DNA from: Xylella taiwanensis
Lineage (GTDB): Bacteria; Pseudomonadota; Gammaproteobacteria; Xanthomonadales; Xanthomonadaceae
Direction of reading: 5' to 3'
Length of the DNA: 32,000 bases
Assembly (NCBI RefSeq): GCF_013177435.1
Contig: NZ_CP053627.1
Span: 2,250,001 to 2,282,000 of the forward strand
The notes below the pieces were generated by a model. That model worked only from the letters and a program-made list of their open reading frames with translations. It was not told the origin of the DNA and ran no database searches. Below, one piece after another: positions 1-10,647 of the stretch. The translations under genes were made by a program, and so were the position numbers. Position 1 is the stretch's first letter. Each line of letters starts with the position of its first letter.

Positions 1-2
1 CA

Positions 3-920
3 TCCAAACAGGCCAACGATATCGTCGACTCAAAAGGTGATTATCCGTTGGTCACCCGTCTTGCGGCTCAAGGGTATATGGTTGCTAGCACTGATTATGT
101 TGGATTAGGTGGATCTAATTATAAATTCCATCCTCATTTGCACGCGGTCTCAGAAGCCTCTGCCCTGATCGATGTGATGCGTGCGTCCCGTCAACTCCTG
201 CATCGTTTGAAGACACCACTATCCGGAAAGCTCATGCTGTCTGGGTTTTCGCAAGGCGGGCACGCTGGATTGGCTACTCAGCGTGAGATTGAGACGAACC
301 TGGAACTGTCAGACGAATTTCAATTAAGTGCCGCTGGGTATATTTCAGGCCCATATTCGATCAGTCAATTGTTCATTGACAGTTGGAAAGGCCGTAATAG
401 TGTGGGTGAAAATCCTTTGGCTCCTTTGCTGGCCACCTACACCATCATCGGCATGAATCGTACTTACGGAGGAAATATCTACGCCGATACTATCCAAGTG
501 TTCAAGGAGCCATATGCGGATCAGGTGGAACAGTTTTATCCTGGTAAGCTAGGCTTGGTTGGTCTTCTGAGAAGCGATATCGTCCCAAGTATCGATAAGC
601 TTGGGGATTATTTCCAAGCAGGGTTTTATAGTGACTTCCTCAAAAACGTGAAAAATCCATTCCGTGTGGATTTGGCACGTAACGATCTGCTGAATTGGGC
701 TCCGGTGGCTCCGACGCTGCTGTGTGGTTCTTCTAAGGATCCCGTCATCCCATTAAAGAATGCTTATACAGCGCTTGCCGCCTTCAAGAAGCGTGGTAGT
801 CAAAGCGTTACTGTGATCGACATTGCCAACGCAGCCTCATCTGTTGACATTATCGAGCATCTGCTCACTGTGGAACCGTGCTTAATTAAGATTCGCAGCG
901 AGTTTGACAAACAACGTTAG
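3..920 (+). CDS. Secreted lipase/esterase of the LipA/LesA type (alpha/beta hydrolase). The 5' end is truncated by the window edge.
   Basis: The frame is open from nt 3 with no upstream stop, so the TTG at 48 is not the true start. Nucleophile elbow G-F-S-Q-G-G (LSGFSQGGHAG). The length and composition fit cell-wall-degrading esterases of Xanthomonas/Xylella (LipA/LesA). Stop TAG at 918-920. Confidence 0.75.
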   Translation, partial: SKQANDIVDSKGDYPLVTRLAAQGYMVASTDYVGLGGSNYKFHPHLHAVSEASALIDVMRASRQLLHRLKTPLSGKLMLSGFSQGGHAGLATQREIETNLELSDEFQLSAAGYISGPYSISQLFIDSWKGRNSVGENPLAPLLATYTIIGMNRTYGGNIYADTIQVFKEPYADQVEQFYPGKLGLVGLLRSDIVPSIDKLGDYFQAGFYSDFLKNVKNPFRVDLARNDLLNWAPVAPTLLCGSSKDPVIPLKNAYTALAAFKKRGSQSVTVIDIANAASSVDIIEHLLTVEPCLIKIRSEFDKQR

Positions 921-1143
921 CTGATCGATTGCAATGCTGCTTTAGATGAAAGGGCATCTACAATATGCAGTGTGTTGATCTAACGGATTCTTGGTGATGC
1001 AGCCATCCGGCAAGCCCGATGGAGAGTCCTCACTTAGAAATCATGTTGATCATGGACGAGGAATCCGGCCTTGGTATTGATGGTTCAATACCTCGGTGAC
1101 GCAAAAAGGACGGCACTGCTATCGTTGTCCTGTTACATCATGA

Positions 1144-1180
1144 GTGCCCGGTACGTGACCGGGCACTTTTTCTTTATTTT
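1144..1180 (+). terminator. Rho-independent terminator candidate downstream of the lipase gene
   Basis: Perfect 8-bp stem GTGCCCGG (1144-1151) / CCGGGCAC (1159-1166) with a 7-nt loop, followed by TTTTTCTTTATTTT. Confidence 0.55.
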
Positions 1181-1232
1181 GCGAGCAGCGTTCGGAATGG
1201 TTATCGTCCATTGATACTGCCGAAGTACGTCA

Positions 1233-3330
1233 CTACCATGTGTCCGGCAACGCTGGTGGTGCCGGTCTGTGATTCAGCCAGCGGGTGTCAAGCTGGATCC
1301 ATTGTCCAAAATGGCCCAACACTCTTTTGTAGATCCCACTCCGAGCAGCAAGATCATCGCATTGGGTTACCGTCACGATGTGCTGAGGTGTTCCTGTGTA
1401 CGTGCGTGATTGGATGATCGAATGGTCGAACCGTGTCACTGTTAGTGCACATCATCATTGTGCTCGTATGAGCGTACGTTGCTGAATGATGGGTTGATCG
1501 AACTCTGTCATCGTCACGATGCGACCGGGCCGGAGATGATTGAGCATGCAAGTTCATTCCAGACATTACACATGAAAACCTGTGGCGCTCTTTCCTTTTA
1601 GCATCGTCTGTATCCAGTCGTGCGCCATACGTCATGGAGTGGCACACGACAGGAAACGTGCCTTTGACCAATCGACAACATTCAATCGGCTTGGGTCGTC
1701 AGTGTCGGATGCCGGGGCAGTACTCAGTGCCATGTGAGGGATTGTGCTGTGGTTGGGCGTATACATACGGGTTACCAAGCAGGGCGGCGGCACAGGTTGT
1801 AAGAGCTCTGCAAGATCAGATGCGGTGCCCTCCTCGCTCATTGATATTTCATGGAGCGCTTGTTGCAGGTATGTTGTGTAGCCTTTCAATAGGTTGATCA
1901 CGTGGATGTGGATATGCGGGGTTTCAAAAGTACCAGCGGTATAGGTGATTTTTTAGCCTGCATTGCGCTCAACGTAAGTCAGGATCATCTGCTCGCCATT
2001 GCGTACGACGGCCACATTGAGGTTGAGGGTAACCATCATAAGTTTCCTGTGCTTCTTTCTTGGCTTTATGGATCACGGGCACGAGCAGATGAATGACAGT
2101 TCCACGGCCCAGATTTTCTTTGGGCTGATCCAGGAGGATGGGAGATGTGTTCTTATCGGTGCGCAGCTGGGAGATTGGCAGCAGGGCGTCGCAGTACAGC
2201 GGTTCGATAGAGATGTTCTGGAACAGCATTGCATACCGCGGTTCTCAATAAGATATGTCGAATAACACGTCATAGCATTCATGGACATTCTTGTCCTTTT
2301 TGAGCAACACGGTGATTTCTATTGCATAGGTGCGTTTTTTTCTGGCTGTTACCAGCCGTATGTCATGGCGTGACTCAAGGAAGGCAAGCGAGTCTTTGTA
2401 CTTGTTGATGTCGAACCTTCCACTCAGTCCATGCACTGTATGGATGTTTTCATCTTGGTTGCAGCATTTGGTGGTGTTCTGTTTGATCAGGCTCAATAGA
2501 TGGGCGGTGCATGCATCCACCACGCTGTCTGGCACTGGGTGAAATTGTAGAGTGTCGTCTTGCTGGATGAAGTGGTGAGTGTGGATTAGAACCTGTATCG
2601 GTTTGGAAAGTATGTTGCAAGTGCGGCGTTGTATTTCTAGGAAGTCAAAGAATTCACCTGCGATGTGTTTGCACTTTCTCCAAAACCATTTCGGTTCAGC
2701 AGGTAACGGGTTTATTTTGGCAATCCGCACTTACAATCCTTTGAAGGTCTCTGACGCATCCGGTGAACGCATCGGTCCTGCATGTTTGGCATTTCAGTCT
2801 CTCAGCGCCTTCAGATAAAGTTGATACGCCATTTGCGCTCCATTGAGCTTGGTGGTGATTGCAGTGAGCTGTGCTGTCAGCGCTGCTTGCGTTTGCGTGA
2901 TCTGTGTGTCTTGGCCTTTTGAGCACGGGTGACTGTCGCCCTACTTTGCCTGCAAACGTATCCGGGCATGCGATGTCGCATGGGAGTCTGGCGATGTGTT
3001 CTCGGTGTCATTTCAATACACCAGGATCCTCGGTAGTGTCATCGACACACTGCGAGCAACTCCACTTTGGTCAGCGTCGTTGCCCGCGCACATTGTCGAT
3101 GGCTTTCATTTTGACCGCACTGGTAAATGCAGTGGTGGTGTAAACGATACGGTGTTCTTTCAACGTGAGAACTTCCTGGACGATCGTTTCCACATGTGGT
3201 GAAGATTGCTTGTTGCTTTGTGGTGAGGTGATGTGTCGGTTGAGTGATTTGTTGAGTTTCTTTTGTCCTCGTCCAGTGGGTGTTGCTTGAATGTGAACTT
3301 TGTGTTGAGCGCAATGTTGATATTAGGTTG
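1233..3330 (-). pseudogene. Block of frame-shifted, decayed coding sequence; products unidentified
   Basis: A chain of abutting or overlapping minus-strand ORFs lies in different frames (2926-2696, 2730-2245, 2229-1969, 1901-1632, 1671-1354, 1439-1233). Hand translation also gives start-less protein-like frames. One is ...QDTQITQTQAALTAQLTAITTKLNGAQMAYQLYLKALRD* (2794-2940). Another is ...VETIVQEVLTLKEHRIVYTTTAFTSAVKMKAIDNVRGQRR* (3071-3199). I recognise no family motif. Confidence 0.3.
2245..2730 (-). CDS. Hypothetical protein, 161 aa. It is the longest intact frame inside the decayed block and may itself be a fragment.
   Basis: Longest ORF between 0.95 and 3.95 kb. Composition is moderately protein-like (…HGLSGRFDINKYKDSLAFLESRHDIRLVTARKK…). 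No recognisable motif and no clear RBS. The adjacent minus-strand ORFs continue in other frames. Confidence 0.25.
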   Translation of the reverse strand: MRIAKINPLPAEPKWFWRKCKHIAGEFFDFLEIQRRTCNILSKPIQVLIHTHHFIQQDDTLQFHPVPDSVVDACTAHLLSLIKQNTTKCCNQDENIHTVHGLSGRFDINKYKDSLAFLESRHDIRLVTARKKRTYAIEITVLLKKDKNVHECYDVLFDISY

Positions 3331-4073
3331 CAGTGGCACTTTTAAGGAAGCGATGTCTTGGTTGGCTCGGCAACCATGATGGTGTAATACGTTGCGTCGC
3401 CGCCGGAAGGCGGTTTTCTTACTGTTGGATCAATGGGGCAATATCAAGTCCACGGAAACGGATGGCATGGTCCAGATGCGAGAAGATCATCGTGCAGCGT
3501 TCATTTCCGAAGGCATTGAAATGTCCGCTGATATGGGCGTAGCGCAGAAGGTTGCAGAAGCGCCTTGAGGAATATACAAAACCCGTTCGGCGTGAAAAGC
3601 ATGATGACAGACAGTCATGCAGGTCTCTCTATCGCTTGCTGGACGAGCGGCGTTGATCATTATATGTGCACTGATTGAACGTGGAGTGGGCAATCATTGC
3701 AGCGATATTTGGATTTCTTCATGGTTCTGAATGAAGTGGCAGTGACCTGATATTCGTGATTGCGCTGTAAGTATTGTGGATAGTGGGTTGCAAGGTACCT
3801 TGTTTGACTCAGTTGGGTTTGGCATTGGACACATGGGATGAGGTGGTATCGCGGTGCCACAATGAGATGCAGTGGCAAGCGGTTTTGTCTGATGGTTGTC
3901 GTAGGCACACGTCACGGTTTCTGGAGCGGCATGTTTTCATCGAATGAGTCTGTGACACCTTGGAGCGTTATGCACTCACTGTCCCAGGCTTATCCACAGG
4001 CTTGTACCTTGGCCGTTGGCGCAGCACTGACTATGCTTCCATGCCTTATCGCACTGTACTAGGCCATTGTTTC

Positions 4074-5489
4074 ATGTCTGCTCGTCCCGGCTTCCATTCC
4101 ACTCATCACCGTGAGCTTGACGACCGCGAAGCGCTGCGTGTTGATCCGCTGCGTGTGCCGCCTCACTCGGTTGAGGCTGAGCAAGCCGTATTGGGTGGAC
4201 TGATGTTGGCGCCGGAGGCGTTAGACAAGATCAATGATCAGTTGACCGAGAACGATTTTTACCGCCGTGATCACCGCATGATTTACCGTGCGATCTGCGA
4301 TCTGGCCAGGAAGGCGCGGCCGTTCGATGTAGTCACTCTTGGGGAATGGTTTGAGTCGCAATGCATGCTTGAGGTTGTTGGTCATGGTGCTTACCTGATT
4401 GAGCTAGCGAGCACCACACCTTCGGCCGCTAACATTGGTGCCTATGCTGAGATCGTTCGCGATAAGGCCGTGTTGCGTCAGTTGATTGAGGTTGGAACCA
4501 AGATCGTTAACGATGGTTTCCAGCCAGAGGGCCGCGAAAGTATCGAATTACTTGCCGAGGCTGAAAAATCGGTGTTCGGAATTGCCGAGACTGGTGCGCG
4601 TGGCCGTATTGATTTTGTGGCCATGCCGGGTGCACTGAAGGATGCTTTCGAGCAGTTGCGCGATCGCTTCGAGAACGGTAGCAACGTGACTGGTTTGCCT
4701 ACCGGATATAACGATTTCGATGCAATGAGCGCGGGTTTACAGCCCACTGATTTGATTGTCTTGGCGGCGCGTCCGGCGATGGGAAAAACGACTTTTGCGT
4801 TGAACATTGCCGAGTACATTGCGATCAAATCGAAAAAGACGGTCGCGGTGTTTTCAATGGAAATGTCTGCCGCACAGTTGGCAATGCGCTTAATTTCTTC
4901 CAATGGCCGTATTAATGCACAGCGTCTGCGCACTGGCCAGCTCGAGGACGAAGATTGGGCACGTGTGACCGGTGCGATCAAGATGTTGAAGGAGACTAAG
5001 ATTTTCATCGACGATACCCCGGGTGTGTCCCCAGAAGTATTGCGTTCCAAGTGCCGTCGTTTGAAACGCGAGCACGATCTTAGTTTAGTGGTGGTCGATT
5101 ACCTGCAGTTGATGTCTGTCCCTGGAAACAATGAGAATCGTGCGACCGAGATCTCGGAAATTTCCCGCTCGCTCAAGGGATTGGCTAAGGAGTTGAATGT
5201 GCCAGTCATCGCGCTGTCACAGCTTAACCGTTCTCTAGAGACGCGAACTGATAAGCATCCCATGATGGCTGATCTGCGTGAATCCGGTGCGATTGAGCAG
5301 GATGCAGACATGATTGTTTTTATCTACCGAGATGAGTATTACAACAAGGATTCACCGGATAAAGGCTTGGCAGAAATCATCATTGGCAAGCATCGCAGTG
5401 GCCCGACAGGTTCGTGCAAATTGAAGTTCTTTGGCGAGTACACCCGCTTCGATAATTTGGCTCACGACTCAATCGGTACATTTGAGTAG
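4074..5489 (+). CDS. dnaB: Replicative DNA helicase DnaB
   Basis: N-terminal PPHSVEAEQAVLGGL, Walker A ARPAMGKTTFAL, Walker B VVVDYLQLM, and C-terminal IIGKHRSGPTG. The ATG at 4074 gives 471 aa, a typical DnaB length. The ORF-track start at 3960 adds 38 residues that do not resemble DnaB. Confidence 0.95.
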   Translation: MSARPGFHSTHHRELDDREALRVDPLRVPPHSVEAEQAVLGGLMLAPEALDKINDQLTENDFYRRDHRMIYRAICDLARKARPFDVVTLGEWFESQCMLEVVGHGAYLIELASTTPSAANIGAYAEIVRDKAVLRQLIEVGTKIVNDGFQPEGRESIELLAEAEKSVFGIAETGARGRIDFVAMPGALKDAFEQLRDRFENGSNVTGLPTGYNDFDAMSAGLQPTDLIVLAARPAMGKTTFALNIAEYIAIKSKKTVAVFSMEMSAAQLAMRLISSNGRINAQRLRTGQLEDEDWARVTGAIKMLKETKIFIDDTPGVSPEVLRSKCRRLKREHDLSLVVVDYLQLMSVPGNNENRATEISEISRSLKGLAKELNVPVIALSQLNRSLETRTDKHPMMADLRESGAIEQDADMIVFIYRDEYYNKDSPDKGLAEIIIGKHRSGPTGSCKLKFFGEYTRFDNLAHDSIGTFE

Positions 5490-6010
5490 TAGTACGGTGT
5501 TACTTCAGGCCCATTGAGCTAAGTCGGCGTATTTTGGTACGTGTATCTTTGCGGGACTCTCCGTCACGCATTAGCTTAAGAGTGCAATTGTCTTCGATGA
5601 CGGAATAGAACATGGTGCTGGTGGCATGATACGGGCGAACATTGAAGCGCCTTGAACCACCCGGTGAGCATCGTACCCTTGTTGTGATGTCTGGCAATAC
5701 GAAGTCAGGCATCCGGTTGCGTGCTGCTGTTGTATACATTCATAGGTTAGCTTGTGGGCTTGTTGTATCCCATATCCTGCACTGGTATCGCAGGGCATTG
5801 TGCGGCAGTACGTACAGTGGGTCAGTATGCCGAATGAGGGCTGCGCTGCGCTGCACATCAACCACTTTACTCAAGCATGAGTGTAATCCTGTGGTTACAT
5901 GCCTGATATCATTGCTGTGGTCTGGTTGTTGTTCATGTTTCCATCATCCAGTCGATGTACCCCTGTGTTTATCCTAACTTTGGTCAGCCGGATGTGCCGG
6001 CGAAAGGAGA

Positions 6011-6739
6011 ATGACGATGATGCGAACTGCCCTCAAGCCCACTTGCACAGTACTGGTTGCGGCACTGGTTCTGTCGGCCTGCGCGACAGGTGGGTCTTAT
6101 GTACAGAGTGACCAGTCTGGTAATCCCACCGAGCAGCAGAACCGGACCGGGCGGGGTGCGGCCATTGGTGCGGCCATTGGTGCGGCTGCCGGTTTGCTGA
6201 GTGGTCACAGTGCCACCAAGCGGAGACAGCGCGCGATGCTCGGTGTTGGCATCGGTGCACTGGCGGGTGCGGCGATTGGTAATTACCAGGATCGCCAAGA
6301 ACGTGCTCTGCGTGAGCGCACTGCCAATACTGGGATTGATGTCAAGCGTGACGGCGACAAGATCACTCTGAATTTGCCGGACGGCATTACTTTCGATTTC
6401 GGTAAGGCTACACTCAAGCCGCAATTTTATGGCGCGCTTAAAAATGTCGCTTCGACGTTGCGCGAGTATAACCAGACTATGATTGAGGTGGTTGGTTATA
6501 CCGATAGCATTGGCAGTGATGCGGTGAATCAACGCTTGTCTGAGGATCGTGCTGGCGCGGTTGCTAATTACCTGACGGGACAAGGTGTGCAGCGTGAGCG
6601 TATGGAAACCTCCGGTATGGGAAAACGCTTTCCGATTGCCGATAACAGTACCGAAGCTGGGCGTAGTAAGAACCGGCGTGTCGAAATACATTTGATTCCG
6701 TTGACTGCTGAAAACAGCGGTGCCAGTGGCATGCGTTGA
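6011..6739 (+). CDS. OmpA-family (OmpA_C / peptidoglycan-binding) lipoprotein with an N-terminal glycine-zipper segment
   Basis: AGGAGA lies just upstream of the ATG cluster at 6011-6022. Signal peptide with lipobox LSAC. Glycine zipper GRGAAIGAAIGAAAGLLSG. OmpA C-terminal motifs GYTDSIGSDAVNQRLSEDRA and NRRVEI. Confidence 0.9.
   Translation: MTMMRTALKPTCTVLVAALVLSACATGGSYVQSDQSGNPTEQQNRTGRGAAIGAAIGAAAGLLSGHSATKRRQRAMLGVGIGALAGAAIGNYQDRQERALRERTANTGIDVKRDGDKITLNLPDGITFDFGKATLKPQFYGALKNVASTLREYNQTMIEVVGYTDSIGSDAVNQRLSEDRAGAVANYLTGQGVQRERMETSGMGKRFPIADNSTEAGRSKNRRVEIHLIPLTAENSGASGMR
6156..6185 (+). repeat. In-frame 12-nt tandem repeat (about 2.5 copies) inside the OmpA-family gene
   Basis: GTGCGGCCATTG occurs at 6156-6167 and 6168-6179, followed by a partial third copy. 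It encodes the AAIG-AAIG part of the glycine zipper. Confidence 0.8.
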
Positions 6740-6806
6740 GTCTGTATCGGTCGCTTGCACGTTAAGTATCTTGTGAAGCGCATTTATTCATCAGAATTCG
6801 ACTTCT

Positions 6807-6856
6807 CCTGGATTCGCTTGCTGTTGTCACGTGAGCGAATCCAGGGGTTTCTTTAA
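6807..6856 (+). terminator. Rho-independent terminator candidate after the OmpA-family gene
   Basis: 12-bp inverted repeat CCTGGATTCGCT (6807-6818) / AGCGAATCCAGG (6834-6845), followed by GGTTTCTTTAAAA. Confidence 0.6.
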
Positions 6857-9163
6857 AACTGAGTTGTACGACTGTTTCTCTGTATATGATGTGAGTCTAT
6901 GAATTGGATTGGAGTTAAGTCGCATGTCGCCCCAAAGCGGATAGTCATGCGCTTCCTTTGAACATCGAAGTAGTCGTTGCTGAAATAAGTTGTGCTTGAA
7001 GAATTCCTTTAGGCGCTGATTCCTAATCGGGTGAAATAGGGATTTGACTTTAATATTGCTGCAGGGCGTGTCTGGGATAAACGACGTTGTGGAGAGGATC
7101 CGTGGACATCATTCCGGATGGTTTAAGAACTTGATGGAGGCTTTGATCGCTGATTGTTCTGTGAGCTAAACGCGAAAGCTGTATTACGCGGTATTACGTT
7201 TGGCTGCGTGCTTGGTATGATTCCTACTGATTACGTTCATCAGTGTGCTGACAAGTATTTAGGCTGTTTAAATTAAATTGGCTGAAAGACAGCAATTGCC
7301 AATTTGATAATCTTTAAGAAAAGACACGTAGCCTTGCTATGACCAGTGATGATAGTGCTGTATACGGTGAATGAATTGCTGATCAGGCGCGGCACTTTAT
7401 TAAGAGGCATAAGCTCATATAGGTTATCTGAGTGCGTTGTTGCTGTATCTCGCTGGTTGGATTGATTGGAATCGTCAGCGCCAAAGCCTTAATACCTTTT
7501 ACCTCAGGCGCCTGTCCTGGTATGCATTGGATGGAATTACCTGACACTTCGCTTATGGTGTGTGAAGATGGTGACTCTATGCTTTGTGTTTGTATCTAAT
7601 CGACAGTGGTGTCCGCTTTACTGGGTGCTGTGTCGATACAACCTGACGATAGCCGGATCAAGCATCGTGTATGTGTGGTGCGCTTAGTGGGGCACGGTGA
7701 GCCGCATGCGTTCCAAAGCAGTCGGGCAACTCCTCGTATCAGGGGTCGAACACATCGTTTTGAGGAACATGGAGCAATGCCTGCAAGTGACTATCTCGGA
7801 TAAGATTCTGAAGACTCAGTAACAACGGTTTAATGTATTTTCACTGCCTTTTTAAGGATTTATTGGTTACTCAAGGAACGCTTATCAATTAACGAGAAAG
7901 ATGCAAGCGTCATTGGGTTTTTCGACGGTTAGCGCGCGTTGGCGTAGACATTGAAGTCATTGTGATGGCCATGTATCGATAAAAACCCCTGGCGAGGGAG
8001 CAGAGTGCTCGTTATAGGTTCTCTTTCGCTATATATGCCAATTCAAAACAATAGTGCTTCTGATGATGGTGTGTGTCGAATACTCAGGAAATCTATTTTG
8101 TGCAACGTGTATAAGGTGGTGTGGTTCAGCGCACCTTTATAGGTATCTGTGTCGATTCCTGGGATGATCAATACCCCCTTGTGCTTTCGTACTCGGCATT
8201 ACTCTGATCCGATTGTTGATTTTGAATAGTACTAATACGATTAGGTTGAATAGTGATGTTTCTGGTCGCTTTTTTTTCTAATCGTACTCAACGTAGTTTT
8301 GTGGCATGTGATGCAGGTTTTTCCGTTGCCGTCTATGTGTCACGGCAACGGTATTGGTGTCATCAAGATGCGATCTCTTAACCGGTGTGATGGGTTTTGA
8401 GTCAGTCAGTCGGGTAAGCGCAGATGATCTCCGGCTGTCCGTCTCCGAGCAACATGTCCGATGGAGTGTGGGCTTGCGTTGTGTCCCTGCTTGGTAATGA
8501 TGGATGCGTAGGCTTCGCAGTGTATGGAGACGTTGCGGATCATGTTCAACACATTGTGTGATAGTGCCAGCCGGCGTTGCCTGAGTCTGCTGTTCACTGA
8601 CATTCCATTTGAGAGACCGTTTGCCAGAAGTCCTCATATTGGCGGCTGACTTTTAAGCCACGACATGCACGCGATACTAGATCCTGTCTGTTGTCCTGGT
8701 AACTCAAGGTCAGCCTGCTATAGCGATCTTCTGGATGCCTGGAGGTTGCAATCCAAGTGCGCGTAGGGTGCATGGAATGGTTGTGATAGCGACATACGCA
8801 AGCAAAGATGCAAGAAGCACATGCAATGCACAGGTGCGGTTCTTTCTGGTCATGCAGCTCATGACGCTCTGTGAGCAGGGGCGTATCCAGGTGTGTTCAT
8901 TGGCGCAGTGAGTGCAAGCACATCATGGACCATTAGGTGAAAGCCGTTTTCATGGACTGAAGTGACATAAGGAAGGGAGCGGAACCGCAGGCGACCCAAC
9001 GTATCCCACTGAAAAATAGTGCTGTCATGTTGTTGGTTGATGATTACTTCCGATGGATCACGTGTTTTCAGCGACTGATCCGTGATGACGCACGATTACC
9101 AGTGACCTACATTGCTTTATTTTGCAACCCTGATCCAAGGCTCTAAATTTGTCATGGCCGTGT

Positions 9164-10117
9164 TCAGTCTGAGGTAGTGGTTAGCCTTGGCATCGATAAG
9201 GCTCCGCCTTCTCTTTCGGTCGAGCGTGCCGCATAGCTATTGGCGAGGCGTACGTGTTGCATGAACGCTGTGTTTGGCTGCCGTGCCAGCGATGCGGCCA
9301 AAGCGCCACTAAAGGCGTCGCCCGCACCGGTCGTGTCTACGGTGTGGGCATGTTCGGCACCCACGCGATAGTAGGGCTGAGTGTCGCCGCGCAGGTTTTC
9401 TTCCGAGTGGGAAACGAATACGCCAACTGAGCCCAATGTAATGACAACTGTACTGCCGGACAGTAATTTGCGGCACAGTGCGTGCAATGTGTTCCCATCG
9501 GTCGTGGCGACATCGTTAACACTGATCCGTTCACCGACGTGACGGCTGAGTAAGGCGACGAATTCCGTTTCGTTCAGTGTGAGCACGTCGGCCAATTTGA
9601 GCAGGTTGATCGTGGCTGTTGCATTAGCAGGCGCAGCATTGAGTACGGTCAAGCGGCCGGCTTCGCGCGCCATGCTGAGTGCAGCTTCGAGTGTTTCTAC
9701 GGGTGATTCTAGTTGCGCCAACACGACCCATGCTGTGGTGATCAGGGTACGTTGTTCTGCGATGAAGCCAGTGCTTAGCGCGGCGTTGGCACCAGCACCA
9801 GTCACGATGGTGTTGTGGCCGTGACTATCAACATAAATGCCTCCGGTGCCGGTAGGTTCGGTACTGGATTCGGCGATGAGTGTGAAGCCGTCTTTTGCGG
9901 CAAGATCGCGCGCCATGTTGCCGTCAGTATCATTACCAAGCGCACATATAAAATGGGTACGCGCGCCAGCACGGCAAGCAGCCACAGCTTGGTTGAATCC
10001 CTTGCCTCCGGGACCACGACTATAGCGGCCGGCAATTGTTGCACCAGATGTGGGCAAAGTGTCGCAGCGCCAAACATGATCGATATTGAAGGAACCGACG
10101 ACAACGACCGAATGCAT
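9164..10117 (-). CDS. rbsK: Ribokinase / PfkB-family sugar kinase
   Basis: N-terminal VVVGSFNIDHV, GPGGKGFNQAVA (GGKGxNQA motif), and C-terminal DTTGAGDAFSGALA (PfkB signature 2). Confidence 0.85.
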   Translation of the reverse strand: MHSVVVVGSFNIDHVWRCDTLPTSGATIAGRYSRGPGGKGFNQAVAACRAGARTHFICALGNDTDGNMARDLAAKDGFTLIAESSTEPTGTGGIYVDSHGHNTIVTGAGANAALSTGFIAEQRTLITTAWVVLAQLESPVETLEAALSMAREAGRLTVLNAAPANATATINLLKLADVLTLNETEFVALLSRHVGERISVNDVATTDGNTLHALCRKLLSGSTVVITLGSVGVFVSHSEENLRGDTQPYYRVGAEHAHTVDTTGAGDAFSGALAASLARQPNTAFMQHVRLANSYAARSTEREGGALSMPRLTTTSD

Positions 10118-10647
10118 AAGAACCTTTGCTGGGGGAATGCGGAGGGATGAGGTGGAACGTTAGCTAGATGAAGTGTGACAACATATCGTCAATGTTAGCG
10201 GCCAGCAGAGTGAGGATCGAGCCGTGGAGCCTAATACACAGGCTTAACGTGATCAGATCGTGACGGGTCGCATATTTTTGGATCGCCCATCTGGGGTGGC
10301 ATCCCGTGAAAGATTGGCGAAGTGACGCCGTTCGTACGCCAGGCGCAGGACAGTAAGGCCAATCTGCAAGAGCATCTTGGGTGCGAGTAGCTTCAGCGAT
10401 CGGGCTGCGGTTACGCGACAATATCCAGGTAAGGTTTTAAGGGCAGCAGGGCGAAGTCGATTCGATCTACACTTTCGATCATGTGTAAACCATTGGTTGT
10501 GACAAGGTGAGACGCTTTGAGCAAGCCACTTTGGGAAGGTAAAACGATTTCTGTTTACCCGGTGCTGCGTGTTTTCTCCTGCTTTTTATTGTGGTTGTTA
10601 CACGCGTTGTTTGTCGATTCTCGCATCCCTCCAGGAGTAGAGTTCCA

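Noticed and set aside
3400-3420. CCGCC-GGAA-GGCGG hairpin plus TTTTCTT as a plus-strand terminator
   Set aside because: The structure is real, but there is no credible plus-strand gene upstream for it to terminate. It is kept only as a note within the decayed-block finding.
3960-4073. Longer N-terminal extensions suggested by the ORF track (dnaB 3960, AKR 10591, pilM 15884, pilQ 18799, eptA 22567)
   Set aside because: The extensions add Cys/Arg-rich residues that do not resemble the family. Internal starts have better Shine-Dalgarno spacing or stop/start coupling, and they give canonical protein lengths.
4478-5050. 190-aa minus-strand ORF inside dnaB, and similar antisense or alternate-frame ORFs inside mrcA, the pil genes, eptA, P450, recG and spoT
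   Set aside because: All are nested in genes with unambiguous motifs on the other frame or strand. Their composition is not protein-like.
5500-5977. Overlapping ORFs (79, 96 and 111 aa) between dnaB and the OmpA-family gene
   Set aside because: They are mutually overlapping on both strands and Cys/Arg-rich, with no motifs. Likely non-coding spacer.
5984-6760. 258-aa minus-strand ORF antisense to the OmpA-family gene
   Set aside because: The plus-strand frame carries a lipobox, a glycine zipper and OmpA_C motifs. The antisense frame is Thr/Arg/Gly-rich with no motif, which is typical of a shadow ORF.
10164-10421. 85-aa minus-strand ORF in the rbsK / aldo-keto reductase divergent spacer
   Set aside because: No motif, no RBS, odd composition. 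The 530-bp spacer is more simply promoter and leader DNA for the two divergent genes. It cannot be fully excluded.
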